From NCBI GenBank assembly GCA_965215335.1, contig CBDCDA010000001.1:1728001-1792000 (forward strand): 64,000 bases of DNA, given 5' to 3'. A model generated the notes under the pieces. The model had not been told where the DNA came from, ran no database searches, and saw nothing but the letters and a program-made list of their open reading frames with translations. Position numbers and translations under genes: made by a program. Positions 31,093 through 41,629 of the stretch are shown piece by piece. The DNA comes from an uncultured Candidatus Entotheonella sp. GTDB taxonomy: Bacteria > Tectomicrobia > Entotheonellia > Entotheonellales > Entotheonellaceae. The stretch's first letter is position 1. Every line of letters starts with the position of its first letter.

Positions 31093-32100
31093 TCAACCGG
31101 CCAGGTGTCCGGCAATCTGAACCGCGTTGAGCGCCGCGCCCTTGCGCAGGTTGTCGGCGACCACCCACAGGTGCAGGCCGTTGGGCACGGAGAGGTCGGC
31201 GCGAATGCGCCCGACGAAGACCTCGTCCTGACCGTTGGCGCGAATGGCCAGGGGGTATTCCTGTTCCCGGCAGTCGTCCTCGACCTCCACGCCGGGGGCC
31301 TGTTCGAGCAACTCGCGCACCCGCGGCACCCCGAGCGTGCGTTCGGTTTCGACGTAAACGGAAGCAGAGTGGCCGTGCGCCAGCGGCACGTAGACGACCG
31401 TGGCGCTCACCGGCAGATCGGGCGCCGCCAGCAGCTTTCGGGTCTCGTCGATCAGCGCCATTTCTTCCTCGCAGTAGCCATTGTCCAGAAACGTCCCGCC
31501 CTGCGGCAGGCAGTTGAAGGCGAGTTGGTGCGGAAACACCCTGGCCTCCGCCGGGCGAAAATTCAGCAAGCCGCGCAACTGCTGATCGAACTCCCGCACG
31601 GCGTGGCGGCCGCGTCCCGAGGCGGCCTGATACGTCGATGCGACCACGCGCGCCAGGGTGCCCTCGAGGTGCAGAGGGGCCAGGACAAGGGCGAGTTGCG
31701 TCGTCATGGCATGCGGGATGGCGACGATGCCGTGATGGCGCCGCAGTACCTCGGGGTTGATTTCCGGCACGCACAGCGGCACGTGCGGGTGCAGGCGAAA
31801 GGCGCTGCTGCAGTCGATGACCAAGGCGCCGGCCTGCGCGACCTGGCGAGCATGATCGTGGCTCGCCTCGGCGGCGGCGGCGAAGATGGCGATGTCCACC
31901 TCGTCAAAGGCATCCTGGCTCAGCTCGCGCACCACCGTGCTGCGGCCGCGAAACTCCACGCGGCTGCCGGCGGAGTGGTCCGAGGCCAGCAGGGTGAGGG
32001 TGCTGACGGGGAAGCCGCGTTCCTCCAGGATGCGGAGCACTTCCTGCCCAACCAGTCCGGTGGCGCCGACGACGGCCACATGCCAGGCTGGCCTTTCCAT
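31093..32100 (-). CDS. Aspartate-semialdehyde dehydrogenase-like (Usg-like) protein lacking the catalytic Cys
   Basis: VVGATGLVG, TYQAASG, GRIR, DNLRKGAALNAVQI; the NPNC motif reads IPHA. Confidence 0.85.
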   Translation of the reverse strand: MERPAWHVAVVGATGLVGQEVLRILEERGFPVSTLTLLASDHSAGSRVEFRGRSTVVRELSQDAFDEVDIAIFAAAAEASHDHARQVAQAGALVIDCSSAFRLHPHVPLCVPEINPEVLRRHHGIVAIPHAMTTQLALVLAPLHLEGTLARVVASTYQAASGRGRHAVREFDQQLRGLLNFRPAEARVFPHQLAFNCLPQGGTFLDNGYCEEEMALIDETRKLLAAPDLPVSATVVYVPLAHGHSASVYVETERTLGVPRVRELLEQAPGVEVEDDCREQEYPLAIRANGQDEVFVGRIRADLSVPNGLHLWVVADNLRKGAALNAVQIAGHLAG

Positions 32101-32103
32101 GGC

Positions 32104-33195
32104 CTACCTCACGCTCCCCGCGGCATCGCGCAAGGCGGCGCAGATCAGGTCGCCCATCCGGGCGGTGCCGACCCGCGTGGCACCGGGCCGCGTGACGTCC
32201 GCGGTGCGGTAGCCCTGATCGAGGACCGCCGCCACCGCCGCCTCGACGACCTGCGCGGCGCGCGGCTCGTCCAGCGCATACCGCAACATCATGGCCACCG
32301 AGTTGATGGTGGCGATCGGATTGGCGATGTCCTGTCCGGCGATGTCGGGGGCGCTGCCGTGCACGGGCTCGAAGACCCCCACCGCGCCGCCGAGGCTGGC
32401 GGACGGCAGCATGCCGATGGAGCCGGTCAGCATGGCGGCCGCGTCGCTCAGGATGTCGCCGAACAGGTTGCCGGTGACGATGACGTCGAACTGCCGCGGG
32501 TCGCGGATGAGCTGCATGGCACAGTTGTCGACGTACTGGTGTTCGAGCTCGACGTCGTCGTAGCCGCCGGCCAGCTCCGTCACCTCGCGGCGCCACAATA
32601 CCGACACGTCGAGCACGTTGGCCTTGTCCACCGAGGTCACCTTGCCGCGGCGCTTGCGGGCCAGATCAAAGGCCAGACGCGCGATGCGGACGATTTCGGC
32701 GCTGTTGTAGCGCATGGTGTTGATGCCGCGCTCGCCGCTGGCGTCGGGCTCGATGCCGCGAGGCTGGCCGAAATAAATGCCGCCGACCAGTTCCCGTACG
32801 ACCAGCAGGTCGATATCCCGCACCACCTCGGGGCGCAGGCTCGACGCCTCGATGAGGGCGGTGTAGAGCTTGGCCGGGCGCAGATTGGCGAACAGGTCGA
32901 GCGCCTGCCGCAGCCGCAGCAGGCCGCGCTCGGGCCGCCTGTCCGGAGGCAGGTCGTCCCACTCGGGGCCGCCGACGGCGCCGAACAGAACCGCCTGGCT
33001 GTCGCGGCACAGTTGCAGGGTCGCTTCAGGCAGCGGGTCGCCGGTCGCGTCAATGGCGCCGCCGCCGACCAGACCCTCCTGCAATTCACAGCGGATGCCG
33101 AAGGGCGCTTCCAGCGCGCGCAAGACCTTGATACCCTGCGCTACGACCTCCGGACCGACACCGTCTCCGGGCAACACTGCGATGCGGTACGTCAT
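32104..33195 (-). CDS. leuB: 3-isopropylmalate dehydrogenase
   Basis: [46 protein letters not shown]. Confidence 0.96.
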   Translation of the reverse strand: MTYRIAVLPGDGVGPEVVAQGIKVLRALEAPFGIRCELQEGLVGGGAIDATGDPLPEATLQLCRDSQAVLFGAVGGPEWDDLPPDRRPERGLLRLRQALDLFANLRPAKLYTALIEASSLRPEVVRDIDLLVVRELVGGIYFGQPRGIEPDASGERGINTMRYNSAEIVRIARLAFDLARKRRGKVTSVDKANVLDVSVLWRREVTELAGGYDDVELEHQYVDNCAMQLIRDPRQFDVIVTGNLFGDILSDAAAMLTGSIGMLPSASLGGAVGVFEPVHGSAPDIAGQDIANPIATINSVAMMLRYALDEPRAAQVVEAAVAAVLDQGYRTADVTRPGATRVGTARMGDLICAALRDAAGSVR

Positions 33196-33204
33196 TGTTT
33201 CCGT

Positions 33205-33846
33205 CTACTCCCGCGCCAGGTCCGTTCTGCCGTTCGTCATTGACTTGGCGCGCCTCACGAAGGCCCGGACCTTGGCGGCGTCCTTCGTCCCCGGCGCCGC
33301 CTCCACGCCACTGCACACGTCGACCGCGAAGGGCCGCACGACACGGATGGCAGCCTGGACGTTGTCCGGTGTCAGCCCGCCGGCCAGGATGATGCGCCCG
33401 TAGCCGTGCAGCGACGCCGCCCGGTGCCAATCGGCCTTGACGCCGCCGCCGCCGTAGAGCTCGCCGTGGAAACCCTCGATCAGAAAGGCGTCGACGGGAT
33501 AATCCGGCATCATCTCCGGCTGCAGCCGTTCGGTGAAACGAAAGGTCTTGATGCAGCGCCACGGCAGGCGACGGCACAGGTCGGGGCTTTCATCGCCGTG
33601 CAGCTGCACCCGGCTGACGCCGCTTTGCCGCGCCACCTGCGTGATTGTCTCGAAACGCTCGTTGACGAACACGCCAACGGCCGGCAGGTCTGCCGGCAGG
33701 CTGGCGACGATGGCGCCGGCCCGTTCGGGGGTCACGTAGCGCGGGCTGGGAGGGTAGAAGATCAGGCCGATCAGGTCTGCGCCGGCGTCTGCCGCCACGT
33801 GGGCGTCGGCGATTGAAGTGACGCCGCAGATTTTAACGAGGGTCAT
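33205..33846 (-). CDS. trpF: Phosphoribosylanthranilate isomerase
   Basis: VKICG, VGVF, QLHGDE, LAGGL.PDNV, DV.SGVE. Confidence 0.95.
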   Translation of the reverse strand: MTLVKICGVTSIADAHVAADAGADLIGLIFYPPSPRYVTPERAGAIVASLPADLPAVGVFVNERFETITQVARQSGVSRVQLHGDESPDLCRRLPWRCIKTFRFTERLQPEMMPDYPVDAFLIEGFHGELYGGGGVKADWHRAASLHGYGRIILAGGLTPDNVQAAIRVVRPFAVDVCSGVEAAPGTKDAAKVRAFVRRAKSMTNGRTDLARE

Positions 33847-34660
33847 GACAGGCACGCCAGGCTGCGGGGCCGACGCCGCGCAGCTGGCCCAGCTTCGCGC
33901 CGGTGTCCGGCGCGCGCATCAGGGATTCACCAACCAGAAACGCCGCTACGCCGCGGGCTTCCAGGCGTTCGACGGTCGCGCGGTCCCGGATGCCGCTCTC
34001 GCTGACCACCCGGTGGCTGGACGGCACCCTGGGCAGAAGTTCCAGGGTCGTTGCCACGTTGGTGTGAAAGGTGTGGAGGTCGCGGTTGTTGATACCGACC
34101 AGGCGGCAGTCGGATGAGAGCGCCTTTTCCAGTTCCGCGGCGGTGTGCACCTCGACGAACGGCTCCAGGCCAAGCTCGCGGCTCAGGGCCGCCAAGTCGG
34201 CCAGAACCGGCACTTCCAGGGCCGCAGCGATCAGCAGCACCGCGTCGGCGCCGTGCAGGCGCGCCTCGTAGATCTGGTATGCGTCGAGGACGAAATCCTT
34301 GCGCAGGAGCGGCAGCGCCACGTGCTGGCGTACGGCCTGCAAGACCGTCAGGTCGCCCTGGAAGAACGGCTTGTCCGTCAGCACCGAGATCGCTGCGGCG
34401 CCGTGGTGGGCGTAGGTGGCGGCGATGGCGAGCGGGTCGAAATCGGCGCGGATGATGCCGGCGGACGGGGAAGCCTTCTTGATTTCGGCGACGATGCGCG
34501 TCCCCCGGCCTTCGCGGGTTTGCAGGGCATTCCAGAAGTCGCGCGGCGGCGGCAGCGCCTCGGCCTGGCGGCGCAGGGTCTCGAACGGCACGACCTGGCG
34601 CGCGCGGGCCACTTCCTGTCGTTTGTTGTCCAGGATGCGTGCTAGGATGTCGGCGACCAT
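33833..34660 (-). CDS. trpC: Indole-3-glycerol phosphate synthase
   Basis: AEIKKASPSAG, SVLTD, LRKDF, GINNRDL, SESGI. Confidence 0.96.
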   Translation of the reverse strand: MVADILARILDNKRQEVARARQVVPFETLRRQAEALPPPRDFWNALQTREGRGTRIVAEIKKASPSAGIIRADFDPLAIAATYAHHGAAAISVLTDKPFFQGDLTVLQAVRQHVALPLLRKDFVLDAYQIYEARLHGADAVLLIAAALEVPVLADLAALSRELGLEPFVEVHTAAELEKALSSDCRLVGINNRDLHTFHTNVATTLELLPRVPSSHRVVSESGIRDRATVERLEARGVAAFLVGESLMRAPDTGAKLGQLRGVGPAAWRACHDPR

Positions 34661-35670
34661 TGTTGGGTAAACTCCCGCAATTGTTCGAGCTTGGCGCGGG
34701 CGCGCCCGCTTTCCAGGGATGCGCGCGCCCTCGGCAGGCAGTCGGCGATGCTCTGGTCGGCCGTGCCGGCGGCGATCGCGGCGGCGGCGTTCAGCAGCAC
34801 GACGTCGAGCTGCGGCGACGCCTCGCCGTCCAGGATGCGGTTCACCAGGTCGGCATTGCAAGCGGCGTCGCCGCCCTGCAGGTCACCAGGAAGGGCGCGC
34901 GCCAGGCCGAAATGTTCCGGTTCTACCTCGTAGGTGTGCACGTGTCCGCTGCGCAGTTCCGAGACCGTTGTGGCGCCGGTTATGGTCAGCTCGTCCAGGC
35001 CGTCGCTGCCGTGCACCACGAAGGCGCGCTCGGCGCCGAGATTGTGCAGCACCGCAGCCAGCACCGGGGTCAGCTTGCCGTCGTACACCCCCACCAGCTG
35101 GTGCCGCGCGTGGGCCGGATTGGTCAGGGGACCGAGAATGTTGAAGATCGTCCGCACGCCGATCTCGCGGCGCGGGCCGATGGCGTGCCGCATCGCCCCG
35201 TGCAGCGCCGGGGCGAAGAGAAAGCCGATGCCCACCGCGGCGATGGCCGCCTCCACGCCGGCGGGCTCAAGCGACACGTCGACGCCCAGCGCCTCCAGTA
35301 CGTCGGCGCTGCCGCACTTGCTGGAAGCGGCCCGGTTGCCGTGCTTGGCCATGACCACCCCGGCACCCGCGGCCACGAACGCCGCCGCCGTCGAGATGTT
35401 GAACGTGCCCGCAGAATCACCGCCCGTGCCTGCGGTGTCCACTGGCGCGCTGCCCGGCGGCGTGCGGATGAACGTTGCCTTGTCCCGCATCACCCGCGCG
35501 CAGCCGGTGATCTCCGCGACGCTCTCGCCCTTCACCCGCAGGCCGATCAGAAAGGCGCCTATCTGCGCCGGCGTCGCCGCCCCTTCCATGATTTCGGTCA
35601 TCACGCCCGTGGCTTCGGCTTCGGCGAGATGCCTCCCCCCGACGACCGCCTGGATGCCTTCTCTCATCAT
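34642..35670 (-). CDS. trpD: Anthranilate phosphoribosyltransferase
   Basis: GTGGD..TFNIST, KHGNR..SSKCGSADVLE, RTIFNILGPL.NP, DGLDE. Confidence 0.96.
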   Translation of the reverse strand: MMREGIQAVVGGRHLAEAEATGVMTEIMEGAATPAQIGAFLIGLRVKGESVAEITGCARVMRDKATFIRTPPGSAPVDTAGTGGDSAGTFNISTAAAFVAAGAGVVMAKHGNRAASSKCGSADVLEALGVDVSLEPAGVEAAIAAVGIGFLFAPALHGAMRHAIGPRREIGVRTIFNILGPLTNPAHARHQLVGVYDGKLTPVLAAVLHNLGAERAFVVHGSDGLDELTITGATTVSELRSGHVHTYEVEPEHFGLARALPGDLQGGDAACNADLVNRILDGEASPQLDVVLLNAAAAIAAGTADQSIADCLPRARASLESGRARAKLEQLREFTQQWSPTS

Positions 35671-35861
35671 GGCTGATTTCCTGCGCGTGACCTCACTACC
35701 CGTGTCTGTCCCATGGGCGGCGACCTTATCACACGACCCGGCAAAAGGCAAAACGCATGGCGGGGTCGAGGCCGTTGTTCCCCTGGCGCTCGCGTGCTAG
35801 ATTCGAACTTGGCCGATCGACCCTCACGGCTTCCTGAACCCGACTTGAAAGGTTCGCGCGC

Positions 35862-36833
35862 TTGCGAATGGGCCTCACCTACGACCTGCGGACGGATTAC
35901 CTTGCTGCCGGATACACCCTGGAGGACACCGCGGAGTTCGACAGCGTGGAAACGGTCGAGGCGATCGAACGGGCGCTTCGGGGCATGGGCCACGAGACGG
36001 AACGCATCGGTCCTGTCGGTCGGTTGCGGGCGCGACTGGCGGACGGCGCGCGGTGGGGGATGGTCTTCAATATCGCCGAAGGCCTGTGGGGCGTGGACCG
36101 GGAGGCGCGGATTCCGGCTCTGCTCGAGGGATGCGGCGTGCCGTACACGTTTTCCGACTCGCGGGCGCTGACGGCCGGGTTGGACAAAGGCATGAGCAAG
36201 CGGTTGGTGCGGGACGCGGGGGTGCGGACGGCGGATTTCGAGGTCGTGGCGAGCTTGGAAGACGTCGAGCGGTGCGGGCTGCCGCTGCCGTTGTTCGTCA
36301 AGCCGGTCGCCGAGGGTTCGAGCAAGGGGATCACGGCGGCAAACGTGGTTGCTGGCCGGCAGATGCTGTTGCGTCGGTGTGGCGCATTGCTCGCCAGGTG
36401 CCGGCAGCCGGTGCTTGTGGAGACGTATCTGCCGGGGCGGGAATTCACGGTCGGCGTCGTGGGAACGGGCGAGCGCGCCGAGGTGCTGGGGGTGATGGAG
36501 GTACTGTGCGGCGATGATGCCGAGCCGGGTGGTTATTCCTACGCCAACAAGGTCAACTTCCAGACGTGCGTGCGGTACGAATTGGCGACGGATGAAACGG
36601 CGCGGCGAGCCGGGGCGATGGCGCTGCGGGTGTGGCGCTGCCTGGGATGCCGGGACGCCGGGCGGGTGGATCTGCGCTGCGACGCGCGCGGCGAGCCGCA
36701 TTTTCTGGAGGTCAACCCACTGGCGGGGCTGCATCCGCGGCACTCGGACCTGCCCATCTTGTGCCGCTTGTCGGGGATTGGGTACGAAGCGCTGATCGAT
36801 GCGATCGTGGCGTCCGCGTGCCGGCGCGTCTGA
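35862..36833 (+). CDS. D-alanine--D-alanine ligase-like ATP-grasp enzyme
   Basis: VFNIAEG, LDK, FVKP.AEGSSKGI, LPGREFTV, RVDLR, LEVNPLAGL. Confidence 0.85.
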   Translation: MRMGLTYDLRTDYLAAGYTLEDTAEFDSVETVEAIERALRGMGHETERIGPVGRLRARLADGARWGMVFNIAEGLWGVDREARIPALLEGCGVPYTFSDSRALTAGLDKGMSKRLVRDAGVRTADFEVVASLEDVERCGLPLPLFVKPVAEGSSKGITAANVVAGRQMLLRRCGALLARCRQPVLVETYLPGREFTVGVVGTGERAEVLGVMEVLCGDDAEPGGYSYANKVNFQTCVRYELATDETARRAGAMALRVWRCLGCRDAGRVDLRCDARGEPHFLEVNPLAGLHPRHSDLPILCRLSGIGYEALIDAIVASACRRV

Positions 36834-36837
36834 CCGC

Positions 36838-37713
36838 TCACCGTCCTGCGGTCGGCGTAAAGGGCGACCTTGTCAGCGGGACGTTGCGGGCGGCGTCCTT
36901 GGCACGCAGATACCTGACGGAGCCGGCCACCCGCAGAAGGGCTTGGCGGTCGATGTCGCCGACCATGGCATAGGTGACGCCAGCGCGCTGCCACAAGATA
37001 ACCGGGCGTCCGGCGACATGCTGCACATAGAACCTGCCGGCCTCGGTCGGTGTCATGCGTCGGTCGGGAAGCGACAAGGCGGCATCGCGGAAAGCGAACA
37101 CCAGCAGGTCAGAATCCGCGTGCCGGTATTTCATCGCCAGGCCCTTGCGGTCCCGCAGTCGGCACAGACGGCCCCCCACCAGCTGCGCGGCCTTGTCGGT
37201 AATGCAGGGCACGTGCAAGGGATGGCCGAACACGTCGTTGGCCCAACGTGCGAGCTGGACATCGTCACTCGTCTTGACCTCCATGGGCACATCCTGGTCC
37301 AGGTACGTGTGGTATGCCATGGCCGTCTCGCGCACGAACTTGCGCGCCGTGTCCTGCCTGCTCAGCAAGTCGCGCACCGGGCTCAGGAATACCAGCAGAA
37401 CGGCCGCGGCCAGCGCCACGCCAAGGCCGACGTCCCGCCACTGCACCGCTTCGCGCAGCGTCGCCCACTGCGGCCAGCGATGCCTGCGCGGTTGCATGGC
37501 GCGCCGGATCAGCCGCCGTTTTTCCGCCTGCGGCAGGGACGCCGTGGCAGCCTGCTGGCGGACCACGGTCCGCACGGCGCGCTCGGCTGCAACCAGACCG
37601 GTGCACTCCGGGCATTCTTGCAGGTGCTCCTGCACGTCCAGGCTTTCCTTTACCCCCAGCGCCTGGTCGAGAAAAAACGCCAGATATTTCCTACATTGTT
37701 CACAGGACGACAT
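36838..37713 (-). CDS. Zinc-finger (zf-HC2) transmembrane anti-sigma factor
   Basis: HLQECPEC (HxxxCxxC), TM segment, LVGGRL; downstream of an ECF sigma. Confidence 0.88.
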   Translation of the reverse strand: MSSCEQCRKYLAFFLDQALGVKESLDVQEHLQECPECTGLVAAERAVRTVVRQQAATASLPQAEKRRLIRRAMQPRRHRWPQWATLREAVQWRDVGLGVALAAAVLLVFLSPVRDLLSRQDTARKFVRETAMAYHTYLDQDVPMEVKTSDDVQLARWANDVFGHPLHVPCITDKAAQLVGGRLCRLRDRKGLAMKYRHADSDLLVFAFRDAALSLPDRRMTPTEAGRFYVQHVAGRPVILWQRAGVTYAMVGDIDRQALLRVAGSVRYLRAKDAARNVPLTRSPFTPTAGR

Positions 37714-37716
37714 GGC

Positions 37717-38289
37717 TCATTCCTTAACGTATCCGTTCTTGCGCGCGAACTCCGCGAGACTCTTTCGCAACAACCGTCGCCCGCGAAACAGGCGGCTCAT
37801 CACCGTCCCTTCCGGGCAGTCGACGATGGCGGCGATTTCCTTGTACGAGAATTCGGCCATATCGGCCAACAAGACGACCATGCGGTAGACCTCGGGCAGC
37901 GCGTCCAAGGCGCGTTTGACGTCGTCCTGAACGACGTGCCGCAGCACCTCTTCGAGGGAGGCTTGATCGGTCCATTCGGGGAAGAGGGTCGGGTCGGCAT
38001 AGAAGGGCTCGACACGTTCGAAATCCGTCTGCTCCTGCTGTCGCGAGGCTTTTCGATACGTATTGATGTGTGTGTTCCGCAGAATCGTGAACAACCACGC
38101 CTTGATATTTGTTCCAGGCTCGAAACGATCAAAGAAGCGATACGCCTTGAGGTAGGTTTCCTGCACCAGATCCTGGGCCTCGTGGACGTCGCGGGTCAGG
38201 CGCATGGCGGTGCTGTAGAGCACGTCGAAGTGCTCGAGGGCGACGGCCTCGAATTCCTCTTTACGGCTTATGGCATCTCGTTCGGCCAC
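37717..38289 (-). CDS. ECF RNA polymerase sigma-70 factor
   Basis: AQDLVQETYLKA, AWLFTILRN, SYKEIA, GTVMSRLFRGR; GTG start after AGAGGA. Confidence 0.93.
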   Translation of the reverse strand: MAERDAISRKEEFEAVALEHFDVLYSTAMRLTRDVHEAQDLVQETYLKAYRFFDRFEPGTNIKAWLFTILRNTHINTYRKASRQQEQTDFERVEPFYADPTLFPEWTDQASLEEVLRHVVQDDVKRALDALPEVYRMVVLLADMAEFSYKEIAAIVDCPEGTVMSRLFRGRRLLRKSLAEFARKNGYVKE

Positions 38290-38456
38290 GGCTGTCCTCT
38301 TCAGCCTGCACATGCAGCATCGACAGGTGGAGACAGGGGTATGACGCATGCCGCGATAAAGAGATCAATACGGCTCCCGGCAAATATAGCACGATGGACA
38401 GGCGTGCAGGTGGGCGAGAGCCTGTTCATTCTTGCCAGCGGGTGCGGTACGAGGCA

Positions 38457-40496
38457 TCAGGATGCGCCGAGACGGCTGAGGGCGCGCTCGGCACCGCGGC
38501 GCACCTGCGGGTTATCGTCATTCAGCAGATCATGAAGCGCCGGTACGGCGCGACCGTCCGCCAGTCGGCCGAGGGCCAGGGCTGCGCTCTCGCGCAGCAG
38601 CGGGTAGCTCTCGCGCAGGGCCGCGATGAGGTGCGGCACGGCACGGCGGTCGGCTTGATTCCCCAGCGCCGCGGCGGCGATGCGACCCACTTCGTTGTCC
38701 GCGTCGGTCAGCATGGGAACCAGCGCGTCTACCACGGCGGCCCCGTTCAGGTCGCCGAGGGCGCGGGTGGCGATCCAGCGCACGTCGCTGTTGCCATCGG
38801 CCAATGCCTCGATCAGCACCGCAACCGTTTGCGGCAGGGCGAGGTCGGCCAGCGATTGCACCGCGGCGCTACGAACCCTTCCCTCGGCGTCGCGCAGCAT
38901 GAAGCGCACAAGCGCTACCGCCAACGGAGACAAAAAGCCACCCAGGGCGACGGCCATGCGTTGCCGTTCGACAACTCCGCAAGTCGCCAGCAGGCGGCGA
39001 AAGGGCGCCAGTAGCGCGAGATTCCACAGGCCGTCATCGGTCTGTGCAACCGCATCCACGAGCCCGGCCAGGGCGGGAAGTCGGGCGCGCTGACCTTCGT
39101 GCACGTGCGAAAGAACAGCGCCGCCGAGACGCCAGGCCCGCGCTCGTTGCCGACGGGAAATTGGATCGGGATGCAGGAACGCCTGCAACGCTGCCTGGAT
39201 GCCCGTATGGCCCGTCGTGTATCGCATGCTGTACGGCTCGTGGCGCAGCAGACCATAGTGCACACCTTGCCCCAACAACGCTTCGATGCCGGCGCGCAGG
39301 GCGGTGGCATCGGGCGACGCGGCGTCATCGGCACAACGGATCATGAACGCCTCGACACCAACCTGCTTGCCCGGCGGCAGGAACGCCCAGGCTTCCAGAA
39401 GCTCATTCCATAACGCCGCGGTGCCAGGATGCTCGCGGGCAATGCGCCGCACGATGCGGCCTACAAGGGCGTCCGTGTCGTCCCGAACGAGGTCGCGCAG
39501 CGTTTGCGGCGCGCCGCCTTCAGCCGCCGCTGCCGCGGCGAGAAAAAGCCAAGACGGTGAACGGGCGTCGTGCGCCTCGTCCAGCGCCTCCCGCCAGGGG
39601 GTCCGGATGGCGCTCGGCAGGCGGCGCGTCAACTGCTGGCGCAGACGTTTCTGCTCCTCGTCGGCCAGAGGCTCGAGGGCACAGGTCGTCAGCACGGTCT
39701 CTGTCGACAACGCTTGTCGAACGGGTTCTATGGCCTCGGCGGGCCCGGCCCACACGACCAACACCGGCATGCGGGCCCGATTCAGTGCCTCGGCGAAAGC
39801 CGGCCAGGCCGCATGGACAGGCTCGGCCTGTACCGCGTCCGCCGGCAAAGCCTGCGCCTCATCCACCTGGTCGATGACCACAACCAGCACCGCCTTGCCC
39901 GCTTCGATGCGATCGCGCAGCGGTCCGATCAGGTCCGCCCAGCACTGTTGCGGGTCCCGCGCTGCCCCCTCGTCCGTGCGGTCCAGCTTTGCCCGGACCG
40001 CTGCTGCGCCAACCGCCCAGGGGTGCTGCCGCACCCGCGCCAAGAGGCTCGCCAGCGGCGCTGGCTGGGCCCTGTCCGTCCCGGCGATCATGCGGGCGAA
40101 GTCGGCATCACCCCAGTTCAGCCCCTTCAGGCTGCGCAGGCGCCGGGTATCGCGGTACACCGTCTGCATGATTTGCCGGCTTCTCGTCCGCAAGCCGGCG
40201 AGCAGTGCGGCGAACACCTCCTGTGCCAGCAGACAATCCGCCGCATTCACCGGCACCAGCAGCACCTCGGACGACTGGCAGCACCGCGCCATGAATTCTT
40301 CCAGCAGCGCCGATTTGCCGCTTCCCGCCGGCCCCTCCAGCACCACGAACGCCTGCCCGCCCTCGGTTGCCTGTCGCAGGCGGGCGGCCAGCGTGCTCAG
40401 CACGGCTTCCTGACCGATAAACGGCACCCGCAGCAGCGGCTTGTAGCGCGTGCGGCGGCCTCTTGCCAGCAAGCTTTGCAGCCAGGGCAGGCGCAT
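38457..40496 (-). CDS. P-loop ATPase with C-terminal HEAT repeats
   Basis: FIGQE, Walker A GPAGSGKS, Walker B VVVIDQ; several VR..A..ALG.L HEAT repeats. Confidence 0.8.
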   Translation of the reverse strand: MRLPWLQSLLARGRRTRYKPLLRVPFIGQEAVLSTLAARLRQATEGGQAFVVLEGPAGSGKSALLEEFMARCCQSSEVLLVPVNAADCLLAQEVFAALLAGLRTRSRQIMQTVYRDTRRLRSLKGLNWGDADFARMIAGTDRAQPAPLASLLARVRQHPWAVGAAAVRAKLDRTDEGAARDPQQCWADLIGPLRDRIEAGKAVLVVVIDQVDEAQALPADAVQAEPVHAAWPAFAEALNRARMPVLVVWAGPAEAIEPVRQALSTETVLTTCALEPLADEEQKRLRQQLTRRLPSAIRTPWREALDEAHDARSPSWLFLAAAAAAEGGAPQTLRDLVRDDTDALVGRIVRRIAREHPGTAALWNELLEAWAFLPPGKQVGVEAFMIRCADDAASPDATALRAGIEALLGQGVHYGLLRHEPYSMRYTTGHTGIQAALQAFLHPDPISRRQRARAWRLGGAVLSHVHEGQRARLPALAGLVDAVAQTDDGLWNLALLAPFRRLLATCGVVERQRMAVALGGFLSPLAVALVRFMLRDAEGRVRSAAVQSLADLALPQTVAVLIEALADGNSDVRWIATRALGDLNGAAVVDALVPMLTDADNEVGRIAAAALGNQADRRAVPHLIAALRESYPLLRESAALALGRLADGRAVPALHDLLNDDNPQVRRGAERALSRLGAS

Positions 40497-40561
40497 GGCG
40501 GCACCTCGTGGAAGGGCGGAAAGTGACGGGCCGACGAAAGCGGTTTCCGCCGGCGCGGGCG

Positions 40562-41020
40562 TTATACGGGAGGCCTGGAAACGGGGTCGGAGGCAACGGC
40601 CGGCGTGTCTTCAGGCGGCACGACCTGATTCTTGATGCGATCAAGAATGCCGTTGATGAAAGACGGCGCGTCGTCGTCGCCGTAGCGTTTGGCCACCTCG
40701 ATGGCCTCGTTGAGGGTCACGTTGGGGGGAATTTCCGGCATGAACAGGAGTTCGCAGATGGCAAACCGCAGGATGTTGCGCTCCACCAGGCCGATACGCT
40801 CGAGTGACCAGTTGGCGCTCCATTCCCGGATGAGGGCGTCGATCTCGTCCCGGCTGGCGATCACACTGCGCAGCAGGGCACCGGTGAATTCCCGCGTGCG
40901 CGCCGCCGTGAGGGCGTGCGCCCAGGAACTGGCCAGCACCTCCTCCACGTCCGCGTGGGTAATCTCGACCGCGTACAGGAGTTGCAGGGCCGCCTCGCGC
41001 CCTCGGCGTCGTGTCGCCAT
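40562..41020 (-). CDS. nusB: Transcription antitermination factor NusB
   Basis: RRRGREAALQLLY, W..ERI..VERNILR, NEAIEVAK, FINGILD. Confidence 0.96.
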   Translation of the reverse strand: MATRRRGREAALQLLYAVEITHADVEEVLASSWAHALTAARTREFTGALLRSVIASRDEIDALIREWSANWSLERIGLVERNILRFAICELLFMPEIPPNVTLNEAIEVAKRYGDDDAPSFINGILDRIKNQVVPPEDTPAVASDPVSRPPV

Positions 41021-41055
41021 GTCGGGACTCCGTTGCTCGCTGCGCTCGCAGCGGA

Positions 41056-41556
41056 TCAGCTCATACGCTCGCTGCCGCTCGCCGTGGCGTGCAGCCGGCG
41101 ATACAGATTCGCCATTTCCATGGCCGAAACGGCTGCCTCCCACCCTTTATTCCCCGCCTTGCTGCCGGCACGCTCGATCGCCTGCTCCAGCGTATCGGTG
41201 GTCAGGACTCCGAAACTCACCGGCACGCCGCTGTTCAGGGCTGCGCCGGCAATGCCGTTGGCCGCGATCGCGGCGATGTAGTCAAAATGCGGGGTGGCGC
41301 CGCGGATCAGCGTGCCGAGGCAAATGACGGCGTCGCCGGCGCGCCCGCTGTCGACCAGTTTGCGTGCCATCAGGGGCACCTCGAACGACCCCGGCACCCG
41401 GTACACCGTGATCGCGTCGTCGCTGGCGCCATGCCGCGCCAGGGCGTCCACGGCACCGTCCAGCAGGCGTTCGGTGATGAATTCGTTAAACCGGCTGACG
41501 ATGATGGCAAACTCCAGGCTGGCGGCGGACAGGTGGCCTTCGACAAAACGGGGCAT
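41056..41556 (-). CDS. ribH: 6,7-dimethyl-8-ribityllumazine synthase
   Basis: [37 protein letters not shown]. Confidence 0.96.
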   Translation of the reverse strand: MPRFVEGHLSAASLEFAIIVSRFNEFITERLLDGAVDALARHGASDDAITVYRVPGSFEVPLMARKLVDSGRAGDAVICLGTLIRGATPHFDYIAAIAANGIAGAALNSGVPVSFGVLTTDTLEQAIERAGSKAGNKGWEAAVSAMEMANLYRRLHATASGSERMS

Positions 41557-41629
41557 GGCAATTTCCTTCTCCTTGGCCGTCACACGCGCCGCCGCCGGCG
41601 GCGCTAGAGGTACCACCCTCCTGCTTCTC

